Below are positions 1 through 9,903 of a stretch of DNA of 64,000 bases, in pieces. A program made the translations under genes and the position numbers. Source of the DNA: Pseudobdellovibrionaceae bacterium (lineage in GTDB: Bacteria > Bdellovibrionota > Bdellovibrionia > Bdellovibrionales > Bdellovibrionaceae); assembly GCA_039810425.1 (NCBI GenBank), contig JBDHWW010000018.1:1-64000 (forward strand), in the 5' to 3' direction. How positions within the stretch are numbered: the first letter of the stretch is position 1; each line of letters opens with the position of its first letter. Under the pieces are notes generated by a model, which did not search any database, was not told where the DNA came from, and saw nothing but the letters and a program-made list of their open reading frames with translations.

Positions 1-170
1 CGCATCGCTATCTTGTTTTACTGTGGTAAACTGGAACTCTACCCTCTATAGGCACAAGAAAGTCGGAAGACCCATAAAAATATTTTCAATGCAAGTCTCG
101 TAGGGGCAGTATTACTTACTAGCTCTTTCAGTTACGGCAATTACGGCTAGCCGGAAAAGCTGAAGGCATT

Positions 171-626
171 TTGGGTGACGAGGCCCGCCTTGTCCTTCAA
201 GAATACAACCTGCGAGTGAAAGTATCTCCTGAGTCTACCAAAGTGGCTTACGCCAGTATGATGGACAGTCTTTTTGCTCTGTACTCTCAACGCATTTACA
301 AAACATTGGAAGAGCCTTGGTTTAAAGTCGACGGTCAGCAGTTGAATCTTTTGGATTTCGTAAAGAGCGGCGCTTATCGCCAGCCTGAAATTAAATCCAC
401 GAACACGTGGATGAACGTTGTGACTCTGGATCCAAGCAAAGTGCAAAATCCGATTCTGAAAAACTACACTCGTGAGATGTGGTGGAATCGTTTGAATAGC
501 ATCAACCCTATCGGCACGGTCCGCATCGCCCGCAATATGGACATCACCGGGCACCTGAAGCCAGTTGAGGGCAAAGATGCTCTTCGCCGCAAATTCTACG
601 ACAAATTTAAAGAGTTCCGTAATTAG
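171..626 (+). CDS. hypothetical protein, possibly 5'-degraded (signal-peptide-like stretch lies in another frame at 73-150)
   Basis: 151-aa ORF with TTG start and no recognisable family motif; upstream frame reads KNIFNASLVGAVLLTSSFSYG then stop. Confidence 0.5.
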   Translation: MGDEARLVLQEYNLRVKVSPESTKVAYASMMDSLFALYSQRIYKTLEEPWFKVDGQQLNLLDFVKSGAYRQPEIKSTNTWMNVVTLDPSKVQNPILKNYTREMWWNRLNSINPIGTVRIARNMDITGHLKPVEGKDALRRKFYDKFKEFRN

Positions 627-709
627 GATTTCTAACCGAATCCTAACTTAAACCAAACACACATCTCTTAAGTTTTCCCCTATAAGGTCTCCACTACACA
701 GGAGATTTT

Positions 710-1165
710 ATGAAAAAACTTTTAGCTCTGATCGTTCTTGTTTTACCGATGATCGCCTCTGCCGGCCCTGAGGACCACCTCCCAGGCGCGGTCTACGCAA
801 CGGCGGCAAATGTGCCGTACTACTTGAAGCAGTTCCAATTTGATTCCATCGATCTTTCTAACGATGAATCGACCGTGATCTTGTATGCACGTTATGGAAA
901 TTTCACCGGCGACTTCAAAGTGATCTCTTCTTCTCGTCACAATGAAGACATCGTGACTTACACGGCTCAGAAAGAACTTTTCGATCGCACTGAAACAGGC
1001 TGCGGTAATTCAGAGAAAGCCGTGGCAACCATCCGCGCACGCAGTCACATCAGCTTCGGAATGAGCCCGAAAGATGTCGAGGTTTCTGTGGAGTACACGA
1101 TGGTGAACGACATTTGCCATTCACGGCCACAAACTCAAATGATTCAATATCAATTGGTAGATTAA
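710..1165 (+). CDS. secreted hypothetical protein
   Basis: RBS AGGAG; signal peptide MKKLLALIVLVLPMIASA; two Cys. Confidence 0.75.
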   Translation: MKKLLALIVLVLPMIASAGPEDHLPGAVYATAANVPYYLKQFQFDSIDLSNDESTVILYARYGNFTGDFKVISSSRHNEDIVTYTAQKELFDRTETGCGNSEKAVATIRARSHISFGMSPKDVEVSVEYTMVNDICHSRPQTQMIQYQLVD

Positions 1166-2085
1166 AGTCCGCCCGAAACGCCCTTAGTAAGGAGGGCTTC
1201 CGCATTATGGGGGTGAAGGCTTTCTAAGTGCTTCACCTCAATAAGATAGTCCGCAATGTCTGTGACGCGATCAAGGCTCGCCTTAATACGGCGAGAGGCA
1301 TCTTCACAGAACATCAGATTCTGACCATTGCGAAGCGCGAACTCCTGCTCGTCTTCACGCTTCACGGCTCCTTGCACCGGAGTTTGCAAAGCCTCTTCAA
1401 CAACATCGATCAGGTCTTCAAAGCCAAACGCCGACTGCGCATTTGTCAGTTGCACCTTCACGCGGGCTTCACTTCTTTGCGCATGCGGGGTCGCAATCAC
1501 GCCTTGAGTGCTGCCCAGCCATTGGTGAATATCTTCGAAGTTCAGTTCATTCTGGCCCAGGAACTCCCGCTTAAAGTTTTCTTGGATCAATTGGCGCGAC
1601 AAGGCCGCCGACGCCGGGCACGTGCTTGAGTAAGTCACGAACACTTCAGCAAAGATCTTCGCGCGGCCTTCGGTGTTTTCAACCGACAGGTTCACCGGAT
1701 AGGTGCGCCAGGCCTTGTTTTCAGATTTGAGGGCCTTCCGTTGCAGGGGAGCTTCGACCTTTACGGCGAGGTAGGCATGACGGCTGAGATCTTTGTGCGT
1801 CTTCAAAAACTCTTGAGAGACTTCTTCAAGAAGGGCATAGCCGAGAGCTTTTGCTGAAAGAAGTTCTTGAACAGACAAATACAAACGCGACATATGAATG
1901 CCGCGGGATGAGGTGCGATCGAGGCTGACCTTCGCATCAACACGGGCCGGAACTCTGAACAGAGCGCCTTCGTCACCGGCGAGCAGAACAGGGACCTCAA
2001 TACTCCCCATCCCCACTTGGTTGATCGGTGGATAAAGGTCTTTTCTGGTTTCAAGAGCGACGTCCGCGAGCTTATGCTTGTCCAT
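1162..2085 (-). CDS. folE2: GTP cyclohydrolase I type 2 (FolE2)
   Basis: Motifs GIHMSRL, SSTCPAS, ATPHAQRS, FCEDASR, HLESLHPHNA; start moved to MDKHK. Confidence 0.92.
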   Translation of the reverse strand: MDKHKLADVALETRKDLYPPINQVGMGSIEVPVLLAGDEGALFRVPARVDAKVSLDRTSSRGIHMSRLYLSVQELLSAKALGYALLEEVSQEFLKTHKDLSRHAYLAVKVEAPLQRKALKSENKAWRTYPVNLSVENTEGRAKIFAEVFVTYSSTCPASAALSRQLIQENFKREFLGQNELNFEDIHQWLGSTQGVIATPHAQRSEARVKVQLTNAQSAFGFEDLIDVVEEALQTPVQGAVKREDEQEFALRNGQNLMFCEDASRRIKASLDRVTDIADYLIEVKHLESLHPHNAEALLTKGVSGGL

Positions 2086-2157
2086 GGCTTGGCTTATACG
2101 CCTAAAACAATGTTTTGGCTCGAATTTTTCAAAATTCTGTCCTATAAAATAAACCAA

Positions 2158-2733
2158 ATGAAAAATTTAGTCCTCGCTAGCACATCGAAATACCGACAAG
2201 AGCTTTTAAAGCAATTAGGCCTGCCTTTTGAGGCCCAGAAGCCCCTGATTGATGAAGAGAAAGAAAAAGATCCCACTCTGGCCCCGCGTAAATTGGCTGA
2301 GAGGTTGGCTTTCCTCAAAGCTCAAAGTCTGAAAGCGGAGGGAACAGTGGTGATCGGAGGCGATCAGCTTGTGGCCCACCGCGGAAAAGTTCTCGGCAAA
2401 CCCCACACTCGTGAGCGCGCCATTGAGCAGCTCTTGGAAATGCAAAATTCTAAACATGAACTCATCACAGCGATTTATGTCTTTGATGGAAACAACAAAG
2501 GCATTCGCTACACCGATGTGACAAAGCTCCATATGAAACAGCTTTCGCGGGAGCAGGTCGAACGCTACGTTGATTTAGATCAGCCTTTGGATTGTGCCGG
2601 CGCTTACAAGATTGAAAAACACGGCATGATGCTCTTTGATAAAATTGAAAGTGAAGACTTCAGCGCCATTCAGGGCTTGCCGCTTTTGATGCTTGGGAAG
2701 ATACTAAAGGACTCGGGATTTAGAATTCCCTAA
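2158..2733 (+). CDS. maf: Maf family nucleoside triphosphate pyrophosphatase (YceF-like)
   Basis: LVLASTSKYR, GGDQLV, LGKP, CAGAYKIE, IQGLP; start at MKNLVLAS. Confidence 0.92.
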   Translation: MKNLVLASTSKYRQELLKQLGLPFEAQKPLIDEEKEKDPTLAPRKLAERLAFLKAQSLKAEGTVVIGGDQLVAHRGKVLGKPHTRERAIEQLLEMQNSKHELITAIYVFDGNNKGIRYTDVTKLHMKQLSREQVERYVDLDQPLDCAGAYKIEKHGMMLFDKIESEDFSAIQGLPLLMLGKILKDSGFRIP

Positions 2734-2742
2734 GGAAGACAC

Positions 2743-3138
2743 ATGAACACAGAGCTTTTAACGAAGGCCTTGGATGGCCAAAAAAATTCTTACGCACCTT
2801 ACTCTGGCAAGCACATCGGTGCTGCGGTTTTGATGGATAACGGCAAAATCTATAGCGGCTGCAATGTCGAGAACGCTTCTTACGGCGGCACGATCTGCGC
2901 AGAGCGCACCGCCATCGTCAAAGCCGTCAGCGATGGCGCAAAGAAAATCAAAGAAGTCCTGGTGGTCAGTTCAGAACAAAACCCATGGCCCCCGTGTGGC
3001 TTCTGCCGGCAAGTCATCGCCGAGTTCGCAAGCCCCGAGACCCTGATTCACCTCGCAAACCCGCAGGGCCAATCGCGCTCACTCAAATTTGTCGATCTCT
3101 TCCCTGAGGCTTTCGGCCCGGCTCACTTAAAGCCTTAA
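2743..3138 (+). CDS. cdd: cytidine deaminase
   Basis: YAPYS, GCNVENASYG, CAERTA, PCGFCRQ Zn motifs. Confidence 0.95.
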   Translation: MNTELLTKALDGQKNSYAPYSGKHIGAAVLMDNGKIYSGCNVENASYGGTICAERTAIVKAVSDGAKKIKEVLVVSSEQNPWPPCGFCRQVIAEFASPETLIHLANPQGQSRSLKFVDLFPEAFGPAHLKP

Positions 3139-3551
3139 ACATTCCACATGTTTCTATTGTCCATCGCCCCTGCCTCGTAAGATCGAGGAATGTGGACGGC
3201 GGTTCCGGTCATGCCACGGCAAGATTCCGCGCACTGACGGCAAAATTCAGCGCATTTCTTCATTGCCGCGTCCTCTTCATATCGTTCGCAGGCCTCCGCA
3301 CAGGCTTCGCAAAGCTCAAAAGAAAGAACACAAGCTTGGCGATGAAATGGAACTCCCGAGATCATCATTTTTGCCGAGAGTTCACAGGCCTCCGCACACA
3401 TTTGAAGAAGAGCAATGTGCTTTCCTTGAAAGTGCGTGTCCCGTTGCGAGAGACAATAGTGAAGCGTCTCCAAGCAGACACGGTGGCAGCTAAAACAATT
3501 TTTAATACAACGGGTGACGTCGCTGTCCTGCAAAGGTTCATGGTTCGCCAT
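3135..3551 (-). CDS. Cys-rich four-helix-bundle copper-storage protein (Csp3/DUF326-like)
   Basis: 15 Cys in CxxxC/CxxC helical repeats (CAEAC, CEACAEAC, CAEFCRQCAESC); no signal peptide. Confidence 0.85.
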   Translation of the reverse strand: MANHEPLQDSDVTRCIKNCFSCHRVCLETLHYCLSQRDTHFQGKHIALLQMCAEACELSAKMMISGVPFHRQACVLSFELCEACAEACERYEEDAAMKKCAEFCRQCAESCRGMTGTAVHIPRSYEAGAMDNRNMWNV

Positions 3552-3615
3552 AATATCCTCCCTCTTCTAAGAAGGATATTATAGCTCCGTGTTTAGGCGA
3601 TGGGGCGCTGTCTTT

Positions 3616-6537
3616 CTACAGCTCCACCCAAAAAGAGAAACCTTGGTATCTAAGGATCAACCCACGATCTGCGCCCACTTGGCCCATACTGATGTTGTCG
3701 ACAAACATACCTCCATCCATGCGGAAGAACTCACCCGTCATGTACGCGCCGGCCTTTGGATTTTTTAACGAAATAAGTTTTAGGTCTGAATCTCCCTGCT
3801 TTGACGAGAAGACCCACTCCGGCGTTTGCTGATCACCGATAAGCATAATCGGCCCGCCTTCATAAATCGTTTTCGATCCATCCGCCATACGCAGGCGATA
3901 TTGCCCTTCGGTTTTTAAGCGAGTCACCACCCATGGAACGCCCCAATCACGATAGCCTTCTTCATCCGAGCGAAGGGTCCTCTCGATGAAGTCTTCGCCT
4001 TTCATTTGGTAAATTTTCGGCGGAGCTGTCATGCTCATGGCGATAACATAATTTCCGTTTGTCACCGTCCACTGACTGAGTTTCTGCGTCGACACGATAT
4101 TGAACTGCGCATCTAGAGTCGCAACAACAGAGATGTTCGCAGCCAGATCCCAAACAACGGCTTTCGTCAGGCCATCACTCCACAATGAAACCAAGCCCAA
4201 CTTTGTCACGTCCGTTGCAGCGCCGGTTGAGCGATCATAAAAAATAGATTTCTTATCAGCTGCCACACCGATGTACTTCGCGGTTGTTTTGACAATCTTT
4301 GCTTTTGTAAGGTCCTCTGCCACGGTAAGGATCTTCGGGGTTGGCTGAGTGAAGTCCAGGATCTGCCACTGGCCGCCGGCGTTCTCGGCAATATAATAGT
4401 CGCCGCCTTCCAGGTGGCCTTTAGTAACAGCCCCGTGCCATACCGGCACGAGCTGAGCCCCTTGAACTTGCAGACTCCAGAGCTCTCCGGCGCTTTCGAC
4501 CATCAAGTGAGTGCTTCCCGCACGTACGACAGTAACATCCGCCATGCCCGAAACTGCATAGATGGTTTGCGTGCCTGCGACAAAATCTTGGCGCAAGAAT
4601 GAACCTTCACTATACGCCCAGCCCACGGAACTTTGACGAGCCAGCGTCAACCACGTGAACCCCGCGGGAAGCGTCATGTTTTCAACGCCATTCACACCCA
4701 TTTTTCCAATGAGTGTTTCTTTGTCAGTTTTCACGAAACCAATCCCGTCTTTTGTGACGACGAAGGTCTCTGTATTGCTTGTAATTCTTTGATACTTCGC
4801 AGTCGCACGCAACCCACCCCATTGATTGGCTTGTGATTGTTGCGGATCCGAATTCAGCCACAAGCTGTATTCGAGCCACTCTTGTAAAGTGCGAGTCTGG
4901 CCATTGAGCGAAACGGGCTTCGTCAGCTCTTGCGTTTCAAATTGCAAACACTGAGCATCACTAAAGGTCCTGCAATAAGAATTCGCAAGAACTAAGTTCG
5001 CACGAAGCGAGTTATCCGCCTCAGCACTGATTTTAGTTTTTCTTTCGGCGAAGACCTTTGCAAAATCTCGCTGGATCTTTTGGCCCAAGTACTGAGGCGC
5101 CAAGCCCCAGCGCATTCCCGGCTCATCGTTTGGATCCGACGAAAACATTTTGTTTTTCCAGGCAAAGATCAAAGCCTTTAACTTATAGTCATCCCCAGCG
5201 AGGCTCAATGCCACGCTATCAAGGGCCAGAGCTGCTACGGCCTGAACATCTTTACGGATTTTTTCCGGCAGGGGTGAGTAGTCAAAAATCTCGAGCTGTT
5301 GAATCGTCTCGGTGATGTGCTTATCACGTGAAGGCGTGCTCCAGTCGTCAAAAAGCTGACCATCTGGTGCACACGAACGCTTTGGACAGTGTGAGTAGCC
5401 CTCGTCAACGATACCGACGCGGTTCTTGTACATGTCTTTGAGATTTTCATAACCCGATTTCACGAGGGTTACAAAATTCAAGTTTGGCTTTAAGCGCAGT
5501 AAAACTTCCAGGAAGTTCGGGCGGTCTTTTTCAGTGATAAAATCCGGCGCATACTGCTCCAGAGAATAGCCCGGCATGCTCTCCGGTTTTTCTAGCGTGT
5601 AGGTGCCGTTTTTCACTTTTGGCCAAAGGATTCTTAAGAAACCGTTCTGACCTTTTTTCGCCTGCTCGCTCCCCCACGACAGAGATTCACTGAGAGTTCT
5701 GACTTTGCGAGGAGTCGTTGATTGAATAATCAGATATGGCACAAGAGCCGTATCACTGAGATCCACCCGGTGGACGAGCTGCGTATGGCCCGAAACTTCG
5801 CGCAGATCCAAGTGGTGAACACCCGGTATGAAATTGTCCGGCGTGATTGCAATCGGGTAACTGTCACGCATCAGTACGTGGGTGTAGGTCATATCCAAAA
5901 GATAATTCAAAGCGGCACGGAAGCGTTTATCTTCGTACCAGTTCTTTGCCGTCGGCAGGCTCTGCCACTCCGGGCGCATCGATTGATTCGTCATCAACAC
6001 GCCACTACCGGAAATACGGTTTGCCGCAGGCAATCCGTTGATGCGGGCAAAAATCCAGCGCGCTGAATACGCCACATCCGCACAGTCAGTGGCGATTTTA
6101 TATTTCTGATAAAAATCAGTATTCATATTCTCAGTCAGCCACTGAGCATACTTCTTTTCCCAATCCCAATTCCAAGACTGGGTCGTCGGCCAGAGGCTTC
6201 CGCCCTGCAGAACCACTTCGTCGGATTCCATCTGCATCAACGGATTCACTGTCTGCACTTGCGAAAAATGAATTTGCAACTGGGACTGAGCTTTCTCGGC
6301 TTCAGAGCGATAGCTATAATATTTGCGCGAGATCAGATCTTGCCAGCCATCGGCATGTTGAACGATTTCTTCAACGCGCCAAAGGCGGTCTTCTTGGTAG
6401 CGAATCAGAAAGATTTTTTCACCCTGAGCATTGTAGCCAGAAAGTACGGACTCTGTCGGTTCTGCCGCTGGGGCCGCACTAGCGAAATTTAAAAAAGATA
6501 CCGCAACGAAAGCGGTGGCGAAAAGATGTCGTAGCAT
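3616..6537 (-). CDS. large secreted hypothetical protein; putative Cys/His (papain/NlpC-P60-like) N-terminal domain and beta-rich C-terminus
   Basis: 973-aa ORF, signal peptide, TDCADVAY and SGHTQLV motifs, C-terminal short beta-strand repeats. Confidence 0.7.
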   Translation of the reverse strand: MLRHLFATAFVAVSFLNFASAAPAAEPTESVLSGYNAQGEKIFLIRYQEDRLWRVEEIVQHADGWQDLISRKYYSYRSEAEKAQSQLQIHFSQVQTVNPLMQMESDEVVLQGGSLWPTTQSWNWDWEKKYAQWLTENMNTDFYQKYKIATDCADVAYSARWIFARINGLPAANRISGSGVLMTNQSMRPEWQSLPTAKNWYEDKRFRAALNYLLDMTYTHVLMRDSYPIAITPDNFIPGVHHLDLREVSGHTQLVHRVDLSDTALVPYLIIQSTTPRKVRTLSESLSWGSEQAKKGQNGFLRILWPKVKNGTYTLEKPESMPGYSLEQYAPDFITEKDRPNFLEVLLRLKPNLNFVTLVKSGYENLKDMYKNRVGIVDEGYSHCPKRSCAPDGQLFDDWSTPSRDKHITETIQQLEIFDYSPLPEKIRKDVQAVAALALDSVALSLAGDDYKLKALIFAWKNKMFSSDPNDEPGMRWGLAPQYLGQKIQRDFAKVFAERKTKISAEADNSLRANLVLANSYCRTFSDAQCLQFETQELTKPVSLNGQTRTLQEWLEYSLWLNSDPQQSQANQWGGLRATAKYQRITSNTETFVVTKDGIGFVKTDKETLIGKMGVNGVENMTLPAGFTWLTLARQSSVGWAYSEGSFLRQDFVAGTQTIYAVSGMADVTVVRAGSTHLMVESAGELWSLQVQGAQLVPVWHGAVTKGHLEGGDYYIAENAGGQWQILDFTQPTPKILTVAEDLTKAKIVKTTAKYIGVAADKKSIFYDRSTGAATDVTKLGLVSLWSDGLTKAVVWDLAANISVVATLDAQFNIVSTQKLSQWTVTNGNYVIAMSMTAPPKIYQMKGEDFIERTLRSDEEGYRDWGVPWVVTRLKTEGQYRLRMADGSKTIYEGGPIMLIGDQQTPEWVFSSKQGDSDLKLISLKNPKAGAYMTGEFFRMDGGMFVDNISMGQVGADRGLILRYQGFSFWVEL

Positions 6538-6670
6538 TGTCCATCCTTGGGTTGTGACGATCTGATGAAGATTAGATCACATTCTTCAGATAACAATACA
6601 GATTTACTTGGTGAATTAAGCTCTGTGCTAAATTTTCTGTAGCCCGACAGTCTTCACGAACCCCCGAGAC

Positions 6671-6768
6671 CGCCAGTCACCGGCAAACGAGATCCCCCAG
6701 GCGACCATGATGGCCGTCTGGTCCCGTTCTCAACGACGGACGGCTCTCACGCAACCGGCGACTGAGCG
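6671..6768. other. multi-branched palindromic intergenic element (candidate structured RNA or REP-like repeat)
   Basis: Outer stem CGCCAGTCACCGG/CCGGCGACTGAGCG enclosing CCAGGCGACCAT-G-ATGGCCGTCTGG and CCGT..ACGG hairpins. Confidence 0.45.
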
Positions 6769-6835
6769 AACGCAGACGCAAAATACCCATCAACAGATCG
6801 TTAACCTATCAAGCTTGCCAAAACCAGAAATCAAC

Positions 6836-7378
6836 CTAAGCAAAGTAAAGACTCTTCTCTCCACTACCAAGGTTTTCAACCACCAAACTTTGCACTGAAG
6901 GATTCAACGTAAAAGTCTCCACCACCGTCGCCGCAAGATTCAGTTGCTGGCTTTCCACTAAGGACTCCTCAAAAGGCCGTTCGCTTTCAAAGCGATAAAC
7001 TCCCCCCACCCACTCGCGGGTTTCACACTCTCCCATGAACAAAGCCCCTGCCCTCCATCCGAAGCTGAAACCACGTTTTTCATGAAAACAGATCTCCGTC
7101 AAAACACAGCCCTTTGCCCTTAGCTTTGCCGAAACGAAATCGCGGGAACTTTCCAAGAGCGCTTGAAAGGAGCTCACGGGCGAAAAAGTAGGAGGCAATT
7201 CAGCCAGCACTGCATCGACCACAACCAAGTTGAGCAACATACCCGACATGGGATCGACTTGAGGCTTGCCGGGCTTCGCCACCGCGATTTCCAAATCAAA
7301 AACAAAAGCCCGGCTTGCGCCAGGCCTTTGGACTTTCACTTCAACTGTATGAGAGCGATGGAAGGTCAACTTCATCAC
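6836..7378 (-). CDS. degenerate QueD/PTPS-like protein
   Basis: VDPMSGMLLNLVVVDAVL resembles the PTPS VDPxTGMVxNL motif; no HGH Zn motif seen. Confidence 0.5.
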   Translation of the reverse strand: MMKLTFHRSHTVEVKVQRPGASRAFVFDLEIAVAKPGKPQVDPMSGMLLNLVVVDAVLAELPPTFSPVSSFQALLESSRDFVSAKLRAKGCVLTEICFHEKRGFSFGWRAGALFMGECETREWVGGVYRFESERPFEESLVESQQLNLAATVVETFTLNPSVQSLVVENLGSGEKSLYFA

Positions 7379-7381
7379 CGC

Positions 7382-8869
7382 TTACGGCTTTAACAACTCG
7401 TTGTTCACTTCGACTTTAGAAACTTTTTTGAACTCATTCAGCCAATTTCCGAAGAGCAGATTAGAACGGAAAGACTCCGTCATGGTCTTCGTCATTGGAT
7501 CCAAAGCGACAGGCGTATCCATTTTTGCTTCTTTCAATTTCAAAACATACTTCTCTTCGCCGTCACGAACGATGCGCTTCAAAAGTTTGTTCTCTAGCGT
7601 CAGCTCAGGGATCGCATTGTTGGCCATCTGGCTATTGATTTTCGGAGCCGCATCTTGTGACAGATCAAAGAGGCCGGTCTCTTCCCATTTTGCATTCAAT
7701 GCTTTCAAACCATTATCCAAAGCCGCTTCATCACCCTTTGCAACAGCTTCATCCAATACCTTCATATCTGCCGCAATCTTCTCGTTAGCCAAAAGCTTTT
7801 GTGCCACTTGGATCTTTTGTTTATCGAAATTGGGCTCAACGGCCGGCTTCTTCTCTGTTACCTTGATAAGGTGGTAACCAAACGCTGACTTCACTGGGCC
7901 CATGACCTTGCCAACCGGGGCTGTGAACGCCACGTCTTCGAACTCCTTAACCATTTTGCCACGGCTGAAATATCCAAGGTCCCCGTTCTTCGTTTTTGAA
8001 CCTGGGTCATCGCTGTTGGCCGCCGCCAACTTGCCGAAATCCGTTGTTGCTGATTTTTTCAGCAAGTCTTGGGCTTTCGCCAGCGCCTTCTTGTCGTCCT
8101 CTGGGTTCGCACCCTGCTTCACTTGAACCAAGATGTGTTGGGCGCGCACTTCTTCTTCGGAAGCATAGTCGCCTTTGTTTTTATCAAAGTAGTCCTGAAC
8201 CTTTTTAAGAAACTCTGCGTTACCCAAAGCTTTTTCCGCGTCTGTCACGCTGATCGTGAAGTTCTTCGCCAACTGATTATTGTCGAGACGAACGAACTGG
8301 ATATTCATTTTGTAAGCTTTCAAATCAGCCATTTTTGCTGCTTCGACGGCGCTCACGCTAGATGCGATGTCAAAAAGATGGCGAACGCGCAAAGCTTCTT
8401 GTTGTTGGCGGATGCTGTTCTCGAAGTCCTTCGGAACTTGGTGAGTCATTTCCAGATAGCGGAGGTAGTAGTCCTTCTGGAAGTGCCCGTTAGATTGAAA
8501 AACAGGGATATCTTTAGTTATTGTCTGAGCGATTTCTTGATCCGCAACGACAATGCCGCTTTTGCGAGCAGCTTGTGACATCAATTCGCGGTCCACAAGG
8601 CCCCGGAGAGCTTCCGTACGAAGTCTGAATGCATCGTTTCCAAACATTTCGCCGTAGATTTGTTTTAAATTGTTCTCCGCCGCCTGCATATTTCCGATGG
8701 AAATCAGCGCGTCGTTCACTTGCGCTGCGGCCCCAAGACTGCTGCCCCCCAACCGGCCGGAAAATCCGAAGAAGACAAACACAAGAATGATCGCTCCGAA
8801 GAGAAGCATTGCTGTGAAGTTCTTAGCTGAAACTTGTTTTCTAAGACGATCTGCCATCGATTGAGACAT
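7382..8869 (-). CDS. ppiD: PpiD-like membrane-anchored peptidyl-prolyl isomerase (SurA N-domain + parvulin)
   Basis: N-terminal TM; VRAQHIL, SDDPGSKTKNGDLG, FGYHLIKV parvulin motifs. Confidence 0.88.
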   Translation of the reverse strand: MSQSMADRLRKQVSAKNFTAMLLFGAIILVFVFFGFSGRLGGSSLGAAAQVNDALISIGNMQAAENNLKQIYGEMFGNDAFRLRTEALRGLVDRELMSQAARKSGIVVADQEIAQTITKDIPVFQSNGHFQKDYYLRYLEMTHQVPKDFENSIRQQQEALRVRHLFDIASSVSAVEAAKMADLKAYKMNIQFVRLDNNQLAKNFTISVTDAEKALGNAEFLKKVQDYFDKNKGDYASEEEVRAQHILVQVKQGANPEDDKKALAKAQDLLKKSATTDFGKLAAANSDDPGSKTKNGDLGYFSRGKMVKEFEDVAFTAPVGKVMGPVKSAFGYHLIKVTEKKPAVEPNFDKQKIQVAQKLLANEKIAADMKVLDEAVAKGDEAALDNGLKALNAKWEETGLFDLSQDAAPKINSQMANNAIPELTLENKLLKRIVRDGEEKYVLKLKEAKMDTPVALDPMTKTMTESFRSNLLFGNWLNEFKKVSKVEVNNELLKP

Positions 8870-8994
8870 ATGTATTCAAACTCCTGTTTTAAAGCGAGTG
8901 CCCATTACCTAACGAAAATTTAGTTTTTTCAAGGAGAAACTGTTGGAATCAGAGAAGGTTTTTGTTACCGTTTCTGTATGGAGCGAGGTGTTCG

Positions 8995-9903
8995 TTGAAT
9001 TTCTTTAATATCGATCTGAAAAAGATCATTATGATAGCCATCGTCCTGGCTTTGCCACTTGTGTCTATCAATATGCAGCAAAAGCCCCAGGAGTCCAATT
9101 GGCTGTCTCGCCCTTTCAGCTTTGTGGCCAGCCTCGCTGAAGAAACTTTTTATAGTTTTTCTGCGGGCGTTCGTGGCACCACGGCGATGTATTTAGATCT
9201 GATCAACATCAAAAAAACCAACGCGGATCTTGCAACTAAAAACAATGAGCTTTTGACTCGCATGAACGAAATGACGGAGATGAAGGGTGAAAACGATCGC
9301 CTCCGCGCTCTGCTGAATTTCCGTCAATCCACGAAAATGGACTTGGTCAGTGCCCAAGTCATCGCTCTTGATTTGTTTGCCGACCACCAAACCGTGACCA
9401 TCAACAAAGGCACGCGTCATGGTTTGAAGACCGGCCAAGCTGTGATCACAGTGCAAGGAGTTTTGGGTTACATCTATCGGCCGGAAGCGCTGACTTCGAG
9501 CGTGATGTTGATCACCGACCGCTACTCCGTTGTCGACGGAGTGGTGCAAAGAACCCGTGCGCACGGAATCGTTGAAGGTAAAAGTCCTGGCACCTGTCTA
9601 CTCAAGTACGTTGAGAAAACCGAAGACGTTAAAAAAGGGGATCTCGTTGTTACGGGTGGCCTTGATAACATCTTCCCGAAGGGTTTCCCCGTGGCGGTGG
9701 TGGAGTCCGTCGAGCGTAAGAACTTCTCCGTATCCCTCAAAGTGGACTTGAAACCAGTGGTAGATCCCTACAAAGTCGAAGAGGTCTTTGTGGTGGCCAA
9801 TGCTACCAACACGGATCTTTCAGACCGCCTGCCTCCGCAAGCTTCTGAGACCAATCCCATCCCGGGCATTTCGCCAACGCCTGGACCGGAGAAAGCACAG
9901 TGA
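8995..9903 (+). CDS. mreC: rod shape-determining protein MreC
   Basis: Coiled coil ENDRLRALL, INKGTRHGL, TGGLDNIFPKGFPVA; TTG start after GAGGTG. Confidence 0.93.
   Translation: MNFFNIDLKKIIMIAIVLALPLVSINMQQKPQESNWLSRPFSFVASLAEETFYSFSAGVRGTTAMYLDLINIKKTNADLATKNNELLTRMNEMTEMKGENDRLRALLNFRQSTKMDLVSAQVIALDLFADHQTVTINKGTRHGLKTGQAVITVQGVLGYIYRPEALTSSVMLITDRYSVVDGVVQRTRAHGIVEGKSPGTCLLKYVEKTEDVKKGDLVVTGGLDNIFPKGFPVAVVESVERKNFSVSLKVDLKPVVDPYKVEEVFVVANATNTDLSDRLPPQASETNPIPGISPTPGPEKAQ

Noticed and set aside
3135..3551. CFSCH as a heme c site
   Set aside because: No export signal; it is part of the Cys-repeat pattern of copper-storage bundles.
6682..6783. GGCAAAC...GACGCAAA resembling a c-di-GMP-I riboswitch
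   Set aside because: The spacing (~90 nt) is far longer than usual, and the GNRA-capped P2 and downstream P3/receptor are not visible.
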